From Octopus sinensis (Eukaryota), in contig NW_021832056.1 in assembly GCF_006345805.1 (NCBI RefSeq), positions 1-33,667 of the forward strand: 33,667 nucleotides of DNA, in the 5' to 3' direction. Positions 9,647 through 22,046 of this stretch are shown piece after piece. Position 1 is the stretch's first letter. Each line of letters begins with the position of its first letter. The position numbers and the translations under genes are program-made. The notes below the pieces were generated by a model, which saw only the letters and a list, made by a program, of their open reading frames with translations, was not told the DNA's origin and searched no databases.

Positions 9647-10040
9647 ATATTATATATTATATATATATATAACACACAGAAGGAGATATATATAAGAATT
9701 TAGAAAAAATTGTAGAAGAATAACTGACCTTAAGAGAATATGTCAGAAAGGTCAGAATCGAAAGAATCGAAAACAAAGTCGACTTCGGCTGGATTACAAC
9801 CCAGAATGCAGAGAGCCTCAAAACATTTCGTCAGACCCCTTTTTTTATGATTTTGCCGATTCTCGGTATCACAGCCATGATGAATTCAAAGAAAGAATTT
9901 CCAAATAATTGGATGAAACTTATAGCTAAGGGGTACAGGGGTCAGGTAACAGAATATCATGTCACAAACATCACTTAAGGGAGAATAAACGATTATGTTT
10001 GATGCGATATAACTCAAATAGCTATTAGAAGTAATGTGTC

Positions 10041-10111
10041 TGGTAATAACAATATACGATAAATACAAAGTGTGGTAATAACAATATACGATAAATACGA
10101 AGTGTGGTAAT
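10041..10111. repeat. 32-bp tandem duplication (2.2 copies)
   Basis: tggtaataacaatatacgataaatac(a/g)aagtg at 10041 and 10073, partial at 10105. Confidence 0.9.
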
Positions 10112-10554
10112 TGGTAATTATACTTGATATAGGCATTAACAATTTGATATTGTCTCACTTTATTACTTCTCAGACGAATCCAAATGAAAAGTCTACAAGC
10201 AAAAACAATTAAACATAGAAAATTGACAAAACAGAGAAAGCTGGTTTATTGATAAACTCTAAAATTATCAATAGTTTTTAAAACTTAATACTGGAGATTG
10301 TATTCCAGGACTATTTCGAATAATAAGAGTCATAAAGTTTCTTTCTAATGTTGGCACAAGGGCAGCACTTTTTGAAGAAATTGGTTCATTATTTTAATGA
10401 CCTGGAGAGAAATAAGAGTAAAGTTGACCTTACTCAAAGTGTGAATTCAATGGCATGAAATGGAAATGATTCTGGTGGCTTATATATACGCCATGGAAAG
10501 ACGTACAAGTAATTGAGATCGCAATATTCTGTTGTGGGGTTAATCATTAACATC

Positions 10555-10680
10555 TGAGAGAGCCGGAACAAACGTGAAATGAAATGTTTTGATCACGAAC
10601 ATAAAGCACCGTCCGGTCCGACAATGGAAGAGGAAACGATCTTGCATGCGACACCCTAACCTCTAGGCCACGCGACCCCC
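10555..10680 (-). mobile_element. Diverged SINE family B fragment
   Basis: aacgtgaaatgaaatgttttgatcacgaacata...caccctaacctctaggccacgcg resembles the reverse complement of the B head and core. Confidence 0.55.
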
Positions 10681-10931
10681 ACTCTCTCTCCCTCTCTCCC
10701 TCTCTCTCTATCACTCTCTATCGATCTACCTATCTATCTATCTATCTATCTATCTATTTATTTCTATCTAGCTCTATCTCGGCCTTTCTCTCTCTCTCTC
10801 TTTCTCGGTCTTAATCTCCTTCTCTCTCTCTCTCATTCTCTCTCTCTTATTCTCTCTCTTCCTCTCTCTCCCGCTCTCTCTTTCTCTCACACACATGCAT
10901 AAACACAATATATATATCTATATGTACATAT

Positions 10932-11225
10932 GGGAGGCGCAATGGCCTAGTGGTTAGGGCAGCGGACTCGCGGTCGCAGGATCGCGGTTTCGATTCCCAG
11001 ACCGGGCGTTGAGTGTGTTTATTGAGCAAAAACACCTAAAAGCTCCACGAGGCTCCGGCAGGGGGTGGTGATCCCTGCTGTACTCTTTCACCACTCTTTC
11101 TTCTGTTGGCCTGCTCGCTTAGCCAGCGGGGTGGCGTCATTCGAAGGCTAAAACAATGCGAACGCATTGTGACCAGCGATGCGTAACAACATCTGATGGT
11201 CTGGTCGGTCACGTGATCACGTGAT
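10932..11225 (+). mobile_element. SINE A with tail 1
   Basis: ggaggcgcaatggcctagtggttagggcagcggactcgcgg...ggtcggtcacgtgatcacgtgat. Confidence 0.92.
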
Positions 11226-11237
11226 ATATATATATAT

Positions 11238-11275
<38 letters not shown>

Positions 11276-11523
11276 CCTATTTAGTATTCTCAATTTGCTA
11301 CAGCACATTTTACGTAAACAGTATATATGTTTCAACCTGCAACAGGGATGTAGAACCGACGTAACACATTCCTATCGTCTTTTCCTTATCTTTCGGAACC
11401 CAACAAAATTCAAATCTTTCACTAACGTATCCTGTATAAAAGAGACACGGAGAGAAGTGACATTACAACTCCACCAGAACTTAACTGCAAGATATAACGC
11501 AATTTGTTAAGCGCACAGCTTCG

Positions 11524-11800
11524 TATTGTTTGTTTGTTTGTTTGTTTGTTTGTTTGTTTGTTTGTTTGTATGTATGTATGTATGTATGTATGTATGTATG
11601 TATGTATGTATGTATGTATGTATGTATGTATGTATGCATACATGCATGTATGTGTGTATGTATGTATATGTGTATGTATGCATGCATGTATGTATGTACG
11701 TATTATGTATGTATGAATGTATGTATGTATGTATGTATGTATGAATGTATGTGTGTAGGTATGTATATATGTATGTGCGCATGCATGCATGTATGTGTAT
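11524..11800. repeat. (TTTG)n-(TATG)n compound microsatellite
   Basis: Direct reading. Confidence 0.95.
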
Positions 11801-11802
11801 GG

Positions 11803-11960
11803 CATTTCATTGGTTAAAATTCGAAGAATTAAACTACGTTAAACTTACAAATTACAATTTTCTCAAAAAAGCCAAGTGAAAATAATGTTTTCTTTTGACA
11901 CATTCTACCAGTATACGAAGTTTCAAATTGTTTAGTTAACTAGAAAATTCCTCTCAAAAT
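11803..11960 (+). mobile_element. Diverged solo arm of the foldback element at 24521-25197
   Basis: ttttctcaaaaaagcc...tgacacattctaccagtatacgaagtttcaaattgtttag versus 25076-25150 ttttctcaaaaatgct...tgacacattctaccagtgtccgaagtttgaaagtgtttag. Confidence 0.7.
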
Positions 11961-12202
11961 TTCTGGCATTGTGCGAAAATTTGAAAGTACATGTTCACAC
12001 ACAATTACATGCTTGTTCATAAATAGACGTTGATCTGCGATTAAATGTTAACCCATCGTAACACGTTAACCCTTTATTCTCGTCTTAATTGATTAATCTC
12101 TTTGGCAGCCATCTTGACCCAATATAAATATTTCATCTCACGTCTATGGATTGGTTCCCTTTACAGCATCATACGACGTTCTTGCCTTTTCCTGCTTCCA
12201 AA

Positions 12203-12230
12203 ATCATCGTCGTCGTCGTCATCATTATCC

Positions 12231-12265
<35 letters not shown>

Positions 12266-12305
12266 GTCGTCGTCGTCGTCGTCGTCGTCATCGTCATCGT
12301 CATCG

Positions 12306-12339
<34 letters not shown>

Positions 12340-12680
12340 AATCATCATCATCGTCATCATCATCATCATCATCACCACCATCATCGTCATCATCATCATC
12401 ATCATCACCACCATCATCGTCATCATCATCATCATCATCATCATCATAATCATCGTTGTCGTCGTCGTCATCATCATCATCACAACCACCATTACTACCA
12501 CCACCACTACCACCACCACCACCACCAGCTGCAGCAGCAGTAGCAGCAGCAGCAGCATTACCACCATTATCACTACAACCACCATTATCGTTACCATCGC
12601 CAACACCACTACTACCATCACCATCACCATCATCATCATCATCATCATCGTCATCTCCTCCTTTCATTCTTCTTCTTCGT
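12203..12680. repeat. Compound trinucleotide repeat (CAT/CGT/CAC/CAG)
   Basis: Open in many frames on both strands (poly-H/I/S/D/M), typical of a non-coding microsatellite. Confidence 0.92.
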
Positions 12681-13057
12681 CACATCTGCTTTTTATTTCT
12701 TCTCCACTCTGTCTCTGACATTCCACTACCTCCCCTCATTCCTTTTTTTTTTTCATCACTTTCTTTCTCTTCTTCAGTCATCCTACCCTCCCATTGTTTG
12801 CCCATCCATTACCATAACCACCACCACCACCACTACCAACAACAACAACAACAACAACAACACCACCATAGCAAATCCTCACCCACACAGCTTTTGACCC
12901 TCCCCTGCACCCATCTAGATAGTCACCCCCTCAATACCTAATTTTATCAACTTGTCGCTGTTCTCAAGTAAACAACATTCCACCACGCGGCTAATTTGCA
13001 GTGCTGACTCTGTATGCGTGTTGTATATGAAAATATTATGTGTGTGCGTATATATAT

Positions 13058-13457
13058 ACTCTTTTACTCTTTTACTCTTTTCTCTTTTACTTGTTTCAGT
13101 CATTTGACTGCGGCAATACTGGGGCACCGCCTTTAATCGAGCAACTCGACCCCGGGACTTATTCTTTTGTAAGCCCAGTACTTATTCTATCGGTCTCTTT
13201 TGCCGAACCGCTAAGTAACGGGGACATAAACACACCAGCATCGGTTGTCAAGCAATGCTAGGGGGACAAACACAGACACACACACATATATACATATATA
13301 CGACGGGCTTCTTTCAGTTTCCGTCTACCAAATCCACTCACAAGGCTTTGGTCGGCCCGAGGCTATAGTAGAAGACACTTGCCCAAGGTGCCACACAGTG
13401 GGACTGAACCCGGAACCATGTGGTTCATAAGCAAGCTACTTACCACACAGCCACTCC
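13058..13457 (-). mobile_element. Full-length SINE C
   Basis: Reverse complement of the 6314 copy, with a (CTTTTACT)n tail at 13058-13092. Confidence 0.92.
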
Positions 13458-13467
13458 ATACGTATAA

Positions 13468-13792
13468 TGGAACACCCCGTCGGTTACGACGACCAGGGTC
13501 CCAGCTGATACGATCAACGGAACAGCTTGCTCGTGGAATTAACGTGCAAATGACTGAGCAATCCACAGACACGTGTACCCTTAACGTAGTTCTCAGGGAG
13601 ATTCAGCGTGACACAGAGTGTGACAAGGCCGGCCCTTTGAAATACAGGTACAACTCATTTTTGCCAGCTGAGTGGACTGGAGCAACGTGAAATAAAGTGT
13701 CTTGCTCAAGGACACAACGCATCGCCAGGAATCGAACTCACGACCTTACAATTGTCAGCCGAATGCCCTAACCACTAAACCATGCGCCTTCA
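13468..13792 (-). mobile_element. SINE family B (tRNA head, CORE-like gtgtccttgagcaagacacttt) with tail 2
   Basis: Reverse-complement head ...ttagtggttagggcattcggct...gagttcgattcctggcg; tail shared with the SINE A copy at 3404. Confidence 0.9.
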
Positions 13793-13823
13793 CTTGCGCA
13801 TATATATATATATATACGTATAA

Positions 13824-14146
13824 TGGAACACTCCGTCGGTTACGACGACCAGGGTCCCAGCTAATATGATCAACGGAACAGCCTGCTCATGAAATTAACG
13901 TGCAAGTGACTGAGCACTCCACAGACACGTGTACCCTTAACGTAGCTCTCAGAGAGATTCAGCGTGACACCGTGTGTGACAAGGCTGGCCCTTTGAAATA
14001 CAGGTACTACTCATTTTTGCCAGCTGAATGGACTAGAGCAAAGTGGAATAAAAGTCTTGCTAAGGGACACAACGCGTCGCCTGTAATTGAACTCACGGCC
14101 TAACGTTCGTGAGCCGAATGCCCTAACCACTAAGCCACGCGCCTTC
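13824..14146 (-). mobile_element. Second SINE B with tail 2
   Basis: Diverged paralogue of 13468-13792. Confidence 0.9.
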
Positions 14147-14154
14147 GCATCGTG

Positions 14155-14530
14155 ACACTCCGTCGGTTACGACGACGAGGGTTCCAGTTGATCCCATCAA
14201 TGGAACAACCTACTCGTAAAATTAACGTGTAAGTGGCTGAGCACTCCACAGGCACGTGTATCCTTAAGATAGTTCTCAGGGAGATTCAGCGTGACACAGA
14301 GTGTGACAAGGCTGGCCCCTTTGACATACAGGTACAGCAGAAACAGGAGGAAAGAGTGAGAGGAAGTTCTGGTGAAAGAATACAGCAGGGTTCGCCACAA
14401 CCCCCTTCCGGAGCCTCGTGGAGCTTTAAGTGTTTTCACTCAATAAACACTAACGCCCAGTCTGGGAATCGAAACCACAATTCTATGACCGCGAGTCCGC
14501 TGCCCTAACCACTGGGCCATTGCGCCTCCA
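14155..14530 (-). mobile_element. SINE A with tail 2
   Basis: cactccgtcggttacgacgacgag...ccactgggccattgcgcctcca. Confidence 0.92.
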
Positions 14531-14537
14531 GTTGCCT

Positions 14538-15090
14538 GTATATGAACAACATAGAGAAACACTGGTATATTAAATACCATACAACATAAATTCGTGATGT
14601 ATTAAAAATTCACTCCGCCTCTAGAGGATATTGATATGATTTCCACAAATGGCAACTAACATCAACTCCATATTAGGAAGGAAATAATCTCCAAAGTCAT
14701 AATGAGGAAAAGAGCAAGCTGATGGTCTAGCGAAAAGAGGATGGCCATCGAAACATGTTTCTATCTCAAGAGCCATCCACAGCACGATAATTCTCCTGCC
14801 ACGTGTAGCCAAGCGACTTGGGTTGTAGATAAACAACTAGAACACATTCATAGCCGAGCTAATTTGCGTAAATTAAAGAAAAATAAGCTAAGAAGAATAA
14901 CTCAGAGTGGGCAGTGATAAGTATATGAACAACACAGACAGACACAACAATATTAAATACCATACAATATAATTCTTGATTTATTAAAATCATTTTTGCC
15001 TCCAGACGATATATGGAAACGACTGAAGGCAATCGAGGAGAGCTCCGTATGATGAGGGGAGATAATCTCGAGAACAGTGAATTCTCCAAA
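14538..15090. repeat. Old diverged direct repeat, 383-bp offset
   Basis: gtatatgaacaac at 14538 and 14921; atattaaataccataca at 14567 and 14950; gcctctag/gcctccag and ataatctc follow in register. Confidence 0.7.
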
Positions 15091-15641
15091 GGTGACATGC
15101 AGTTGTTTGTACGCGTGGGAGCTTATGTGCGTGTCTGTGCGTCGTGTATGTGTATATATATATTGGCATATTTCAAATTTCACAAATATGAGACGTGTTA
15201 TGATGTCAAGAAATGTGGTATTTATTGACATCTACTTGTATAAAGGACAATTCTGTCATCATTATGACATTTAAAACTCGTTAGATTGAAAATAGTGAAA
15301 ATTGCTCAAATTTGATGCTTTTTATTTATTGAAAATACTTAAACCACGTCTTTTGTTTACACTGTTGTAGTTGCATTTACTTTAAATGAGATTGAAAAAC
15401 CATGTTTTCAAAGTTATATCAAACTCCATACATGGATCTGCTTTTTCATGAAGCCGTATCTATCCTAAGAAATGGCGACAATACCGGAAGTGTTCAAAAA
15501 TCGATATTTTAGTTTGTGAACAATCTTGACGTTATTGAGCAAAATGGACTTCGTCTCGAAATCAGCACCTCAAAATTACTGGGCAATATGTCTCCAACAC
15601 CAGACAACAAAAACCACATTCTCCAGTGTAATATGTTTGTT

Positions 15642-15935
15642 CCTTCACGAGCCATGCCTGGCTCATGAGAGCCAGTTTCCCAGTTTCCTTGGCATATAGG
15701 TTCCCCACCTGGACGGGACGCCGGTCTGTCGCAGGTGAGCTGCCAGATGTAGGAGGAAAGATTGAGAGAAAGTTGTAGCGAAAGAGCCAGCAGAAGTTCA
15801 CCATTACCTTCTGCCGGAGCCGCGTAGAGCTTAGGTGTTTCGCTCATAAGCACACACATCACCCGGTCTGAGATTAGAACCTGAGGTCCCTCGACTGTGA
15901 GTTCGCTGCTCTAACCACTTGGCCACGTGCCTCCA
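15642..15935 (-). mobile_element. Diverged SINE A with tail 3
   Basis: A head at 15935; tail cctggctcatgagagccagtttcc...cctggacgggacgccggtctgtcgcagg. Confidence 0.8.
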
Positions 15936-15946
15936 CTGAGTAATAT

Positions 15947-15947
<1 letters not shown>

Positions 15948-16022
<75 letters not shown>
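15948..16022. repeat. (GT)n microsatellite
   Basis: Direct reading. Confidence 0.95.
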
Positions 16023-16023
<1 letters not shown>

Positions 16024-16035
16024 TATTAATGTATC

Positions 16036-16360
16036 TGTTTCTTTATTGCCCACAAGGGGCTAAACATAGAGGGAACAAACAAGGACAGACAAACGGATTA
16101 AGTCGTTGACATCGACCCCAGTGCCGGCTTGCCGCCTTCAAGAATCTTTTCTACTCTAGGCACAAGACCCGAAGTTTTGGAGGAGATGGTCAGTCGATTA
16201 GATTGATCTCAGTATGCAACTGGAACTTAATTTATCGACTCGGAAAGGATGAAAGGCAAAGTCGACCTCGGCGGAATTTGAACTCAGAACGTAACGGCAG
16301 ACGAAATACGGCTACGCGTTTCGCCCGGCGTGCTAACGGTTCTGCCAGCTCGCCGCCTTC
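16036..16360 (-). mobile_element. SINE D heterodimer (full D2 copy plus internally deleted D1 copy) within one 17-bp TSD
   Basis: TSD gtgtctattaatgtatc at 16019-16035 and 16361-16377. Confidence 0.88.
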
Positions 16361-17089
16361 GTGTCTATTAATGTATCATAGCTGGACCCGTGGAAGTTAC
16401 ACGATTGTTTACATTTAAAGCATAACGTAACAATTACTCTGGAATATATTTATTCTAATAGTCATAGTTTGTTGAAAGAAATTAATCACTCATGGGTGGA
16501 TAAACAAGAGGAAAAATTAAGTTATTTTTATATTGTCGCAACACCTACTCATTAATTACATTCCATTCGTTACACTGTTTATATTCGTATAATTATTTGT
16601 ATCATTAGATTCATTACACCATTAACTATCATTATCCCTTTCATTAATTTACACCCTTAATTTTATACTCCCTTATAAAAACAGTGTTTTAACAGATTGC
16701 TCTTTCAACTTTGTTATTTACTACCCTAATAACATCAGTCACTTCCAAACGCAAGGGAATGGAATGTGTGACTGTTCATCACTAAATACTGGCTGTGTTA
16801 AATGAATCTCGATTTTATTAAATGTTTGACCCTGTGTTTATTAGTTGTCATTGAACAAACAATCTAACATGAAACCTTGTCTTTTGTAAAATAAACGGAA
16901 AGTTTTTTTTAACTGACTGGGTTCTAGCTAAACTCTGGTTATTAACAATCCTCTTACCAGGCAAGGCACCACTTATTAATAACCTTCTTTACAATTACAA
17001 TGTAAATTGACAATTTTTAGTCTAGTTTCGTCTCAAAGCCTTTGATTATTATCAGCCCTTGGGCATTACTGTCTCGAGTTGTAGAACTG

Positions 17090-17290
17090 ATAGGGCTGGT
17101 TACTCGGTTTCCATGATGGTTGGGATCCGCGACGGAACGGAACGCCATCCTGTCGCAGGGTTATTCATTTACAACCGAGTGGGCTGGAGCAACTTAGAAT
17201 GAAGCGTTTTGCTTAAGAATATAACACACAGCCCGTTCCAAGAATCAAAAGTATGACCTTGCGATCGCGAGTGCAACACCCTAACCACTC
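17090..17290 (-). mobile_element. Diverged SINE B with tail-3-like end
   Basis: ggaacgccatcctgtcgcaggg...gagtgggctggagcaac...ttttgcttaagaa...caccctaaccact. Confidence 0.6.
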
Positions 17291-17470
17291 ATCGACGCGT
17301 CTGCTGAATGCATGTATTACATAACATCATTACAACTGATCCTGAAGGGGCAATTATTTACTGACTTTAAGATCATGAATCTTCGTTTCTGAACGACAAC
17401 TTTACTTCTGCTGATAAATGGATTTAGAATTTGACCAGTTATTTTTAGCATGTCATATAACCACATAATT

Positions 17471-18238
17471 CTTTTCTACTCAAGGCACAAGGCCCGGAAT
17501 TTTGTAGGAGGGGGCCCAGTCGATTATATCGACCCCAGTACGCAACTGGTACTTAGTTTATCGACCCCGAAATGATGAAAGGCAAAGTCGACCTCGGCGG
17601 AATTTGAGCTCAGAACGCAGCGGCGGACGAAATACCTATTTCTTTACTACCCAGAAGGGGCTAAACACAGAGGGGACAAACAAGGACAGACAAACGGATT
17701 AAGTCGATTACATCGACCCCAGTGCGTGACTGGTACTTAATTTATCGACTCCGAAAGGATGAAAGGTAAAGTCAACCTCGGCGGAATTTGAACTCAGAAC
17801 GCAGCGGCGGACGAAATACCTATTTCTTTACTACCCAGAAGGGGCTACACGCAGAGGGGACAAACAAGGACAGACATAGGTATTAAGTCGATTACAACAA
17901 CCCCAGTGCGTAACTGGTACTTAATTTATCGACCCCAAACAGATGAAAGGTAAAGTCGACCTCGGGGGAATTTGAACTCAGAACGTAACGGCAGACAAAA
18001 TACCTATTTCTTTACTAACCACAAGGGGCTAAACACAGAGGGGACAAACAAGGACAGACAAACGGATTAAGTCGATTACGTCGACCCCAGTGCGTAACTG
18101 GTACTTATTTAATCGACCCCGAAAGGATGAAAGGCAAAGTCGACCTCGGCGGAATTTGAACTCAGAAGGTAACAGCAGACGAAATACCGCTAAGCATTTC
18201 ACCCGGCGTGCTGACGCTTCTGCCAGCTCACCGTCTCC
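17471..18238 (-). mobile_element. SINE D tetramer (head + 3 D1 units + terminal D2-tailed unit)
   Basis: TSD tat(a/g)accacataatt at 17456-17470 and 18239-18253; unit joins near 17635, 17818 and 18001. Confidence 0.9.
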
Positions 18239-18491
18239 TATGACCACATAATTACTGCCTCGATTGATGAATGAGGTTTCCTAATTGAATCGTAGAGATT
18301 CCCTTGGCTACCATTATTGGTGTGTGGAGCCACCATTATTGCGAGTAGAGTCTTCTCTATTGAATTCTAGAATTTCTTTTGGTTTTCTCATAGTTATTTT
18401 CTTGTTGGCTTGCTTAGAGCTTTCCTTATTGCCTCACATATAAGCTCTCACATCTCGTAGGAGCTTCTTTGTTTAGTTCAGTACTTATAGT

Positions 18492-18526
<35 letters not shown>

Positions 18527-19048
18527 TATATATAAATATAGTTCAGTACTTATAGTTATATATATATATACAGCCTGTTTCATCTACTGAGAACATTTAT
18601 TATATCATGAATGTTCTGCACTAACCAACCTCTAAATACCCAGCACGACTGCGGAGTATTGTACTCCTGCTTGGGTGACTATGATGAATTGAGAATTCTT
18701 CTCAGCATCTACTGTTTTTGGCAGCTGAACCTCCATCCATTTGCAGATACAAGTGACATAAGTACAGAGCGAGTGTTGGGTTTCACTTGGCATCTCTCGC
18801 CAACCAGCTTGCGCAAGATGCATATAAAAATGGTAGGAGTTTAGAACTCTTTACCATATATCTTTCATACATAGGACATCTTTCTCTCCCCCTCTCTCAC
18901 TCTGTCTCTCTTGTCTATCATCATACTCATACCACGACATAAAAAAATATGCAACACTTTGCGTTCGAAGAAGGTCGTTCATTATTTATCATTGAATCCT
19001 GCTTTGTGATGAAACTGGACGTGTTGAAGGCAACGTTATTAACGTTGC

Positions 19049-19664
19049 CAGGCGGCGAGCTGGCAGAAACGTTAGCACGCCGGGCGAGATGCTTAGCGGT
19101 ATTTCGTCTGCCGTTACGTTCTGAGTTCAAATTCCGCCGAGGTCAACTTTGCCTTTCATCCTTTCGGAGTCGATAAATTAAGTACCAGTTACGCACAGGG
19201 GTCGATGTAATCGACTTAATCCCTTTGTATGTTCTTGTTTGTCCCTTCTATGTTTAGCCCCTTGTGGGTAATAAAGAAATAAGAAACGTTAGCACGCCGG
19301 GCGAAATGCTTAGCGGTATTTCGTCTGCCGTTACGTTCAGAGTTAAAATTCCGCCGAGGTCAACTTCGCCTTTCATCCTTTCGGGATCGATAAATTAAGT
19401 ACCAGATACGCACTGGGGTCGATGTAATCGACTTGATCCGTTTGTCTGTCCTTGTTTGTCCTCTCTGTGTTTAGCCCCTTGTGGGTAGTAAAGAAATAGG
19501 TAATTCATCTGCCGCTACGTTCTGAAGTCAAATTCCGCCGAGGTCGACTTTGCCTTTCATCCTTTCGGGGTCGATTAAATAAGTACCAGTTACGCACTGG
19601 GTTCGATATAATCGACTTAATCCGTTTCTCTGTCCTCTCTGTGTTTAGCACCTTGTAAGAAATA
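19049..19664 (+). mobile_element. SINE D trimer with 14-bp TSD
   Basis: TSD gttattaacgttgc at 19035-19048 and 19665-19678. Unit 2 restarts at agaaacgttagc and unit 3 at gtaattc. Confidence 0.92.
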
Positions 19665-19745
19665 GTTATTAACGTTGCAGGCTTCAATGAATGGGATTAT
19701 TGTTGGCCATGGGAATAATGGTGATGATGGTGATGATGTGGTGAT

Positions 19746-19929
19746 AGACAGACAAACGGATTAAGTCGATTATATCGACCCCAGTGCATAACTGTACTTA
19801 ATTTATCGACCCCGAAAGGATGAAAGGCAAAGTCGACCTCGGCAGAATTTGAACTCAGAACGTAACGGCAGACGAGATACGGCTACGCATTTCACCCGGC
19901 GTGCTAACGGTTCTGCCATTCGCTGCCTT
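19746..19929 (-). mobile_element. SINE D monomer lacking the 3' end
   Basis: gacagacaaacggattaagtcg...gttctgccattcgctgcct. Confidence 0.85.
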
Positions 19930-20109
19930 CTTTGGAGGAAATATTGGCCATTTTTCATAGCTTCAAGGATAAACAAATAGAAAATAACAGATGCTGACCA
20001 AGGACAAAAATCGTGCAGTGTAATGACAAATAACCACAGAGAATGCTAACATTCTATTAACATTATTGTTAATAGAATCATCTATAAAAAAAAGACAACG
20101 ACAACAATA

Positions 20110-21252
20110 TATTTCTTTATGCCCACAAGGGGCTAAACATAGAGGGGACAAACAAGGACAGATAAAGAGATAAGTCGATTACCCCAGTGCGTAACTTGTA
20201 CTTTATTTATCGACCCCGAAAAAGATGAAAGGCAAAGTCGACCTCGGCGGAATTTGAGCTCAGAACGTAACGGCAGACGAAATACCTATTTCTTTACTAC
20301 CCACATGGGGCTAAACACAGAGGGGACAAACAAAACAAGGACAGATAAAGAGATTAAGTCGATTACCCCAGTGCGTAACTTGTACTTTATTTATCGACCC
20401 CGAAAGGATGAAAGGCAAAGTCGACCTCGGCGGAATTTGAGCTCAGAACGTAACGGCAGACGAAATACCTATTTCTTTACTACCCACATGGGGCTAAACA
20501 CAGAGGGGACAAACAAGGACAGATAAAGAGATTAAGTCGATTACCCCAGTGCGTAACTTGTACTTTATTTATCGACCCCGAAAGGATGAAAGGCAAAGTC
20601 GACCTCGGCGGAATTTGAGCTCAGAACGCAGCGGCGGACGAAATACCTATTTCTTTACTACCCAGAAGGGGCTACACGCAGAGGGGACAAACAAGGACAG
20701 ACATAGGTATTAAGTCGATTACAACAACCCCAGTGCGTAACTGGTACTTAATTTATCGACCCCAAACAGATGAAAGGTAAAGTCGACCTCGGGGGAATTT
20801 GAACTCAGAACGTAACGGCAGACAAAATACTATTTCTTTACTACCAGAAGGGGCTACACGCAGAGGGGACAAACAAGGACAGACATAGGTATTAAGTCGA
20901 TTACAACAACCCCAGTGCGTAACTGGTACTTAATTTATCGACCCCAAACAGATGAAAGGTAAAGTCGACCTCGGGGGAAGGGAATTTGAAATCAGAACGT
21001 AACGGCAGACAAAATACCTATTTCTTTACTAACCACAAGGGGCTAAACACAGAGGGGACAAACAAGGACAGACAAACGGATTAAGTCGATTACGTCGACC
21101 CCAGTGCGTAACTGGTACTTATTTAATCGACCCCGAAAGGATGAAAGGCAAAGTCGACCTCGGCGGAATTTGAACTCAGAAGGTAACAGCAGACGAAATA
21201 CCGCTAAGCATTTCACCCGGCGTGCTGACGCTTCTGCCAGCTCACCGTCTCC
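20110..21252 (-). mobile_element. Chimeric SINE D hexamer spanning the duplication junction
   Basis: The first 3 units carry the 23110-array variants (gataaagagattaag, aacttgtactttattt). The last 3 carry the 17471-array variants (acataggtatt, acaacaacccc, ctcggggg). Confidence 0.88.
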
Positions 21253-21501
21253 TATGACCACATAATTACTGCCTCGATTGATGAATGAGGTTTCCTAATT
21301 GAATCGTAGAGATTCCCTTGGCTACCATTATTGGTGTGTGGAGCCACCATTATTGCGAGTAGAGTCTTCTTATGAATTCTAGAATTTCTTTTGGTTTTCT
21401 CATAGTTATTTTCTTGTTGGCTTGCTTAGAGCTTTCTTATTGCCTCACATATAAGCTCTCACATCTCGTAGGAGCTTCTTTGTTTAGTTCAGTACTTATA
21501 G

Positions 21502-21550
<49 letters not shown>

Positions 21551-22046
21551 ACTTATAGTTATATATATATACAGCCTGTTTCATCTACTGAGAACATTTA
21601 TTATATCATGAATGTTCTGCACTAACCAACCTCTAAATACCCAGCACGACTGCGGAGTATTGTACTCCTGCTTGGGGACTATGATGAATTGAGAATTCTT
21701 CTCAGCATCTACTGTTTTTGGCAGCTGAACCTCCATCCATTTGCAGATACAAGTGACATAAGTACAGAGCGAGTGTTGGGTTTCACTTGGCATCTCTCGC
21801 CAACCAGCTTGCGCAAGATGCATATAAAAATGGTAGGAGTTTAGAACTCTTTACCATATATCTTTCATACATAGGACATCTTTCTCCCCCTCTCTCACTC
21901 TGTCTCTCTTGTCTATCATCATACTCATACCACGACATAAAAAAAATAGCAACACTTTGCGTTCGAAGAAGGTCGTTCATTATTTATCATTGAATCCTGC
22001 TTTGTGATGAAACTGGACGTGTTGAAGGCAACGTTATTAACGTTGC

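Noticed and set aside
4834-9940. Shared 14-mer aggggtacaggggt at about 4834 and 9927
   Set aside because: The flanks do not align; too short to interpret.
10932-11010. tRNA genes at the SINE A, B, C and D heads
   Set aside because: A/B-box-like motifs are present, but I could not build a full cloverleaf, and each head continues into a shared SINE body with TSDs.
11295-11510. 71-aa unique-sequence ORF
   Set aside because: No motif, alternative start codon, and a length expected by chance.
12102-12941. Long poly-His/Asp/Ile/Ser ORFs
   Set aside because: Translations of compound trinucleotide repeats, open in many frames on both strands, with no domain or splice evidence.
15505-15632. Mariner-like subterminal sequence (gaaatcagcacctcaaaatt...cagtgta)
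   Set aside because: Only a vague resemblance; no partner TIR found.
18590-18845. Possible exon in the duplicated core (ORFs 18611+ and 18632-)
   Set aside because: No recognisable domain, ambiguous strand and splice sites, and the second copy is frameshifted by a 1-nt indel. It cannot be supported without RNA data.
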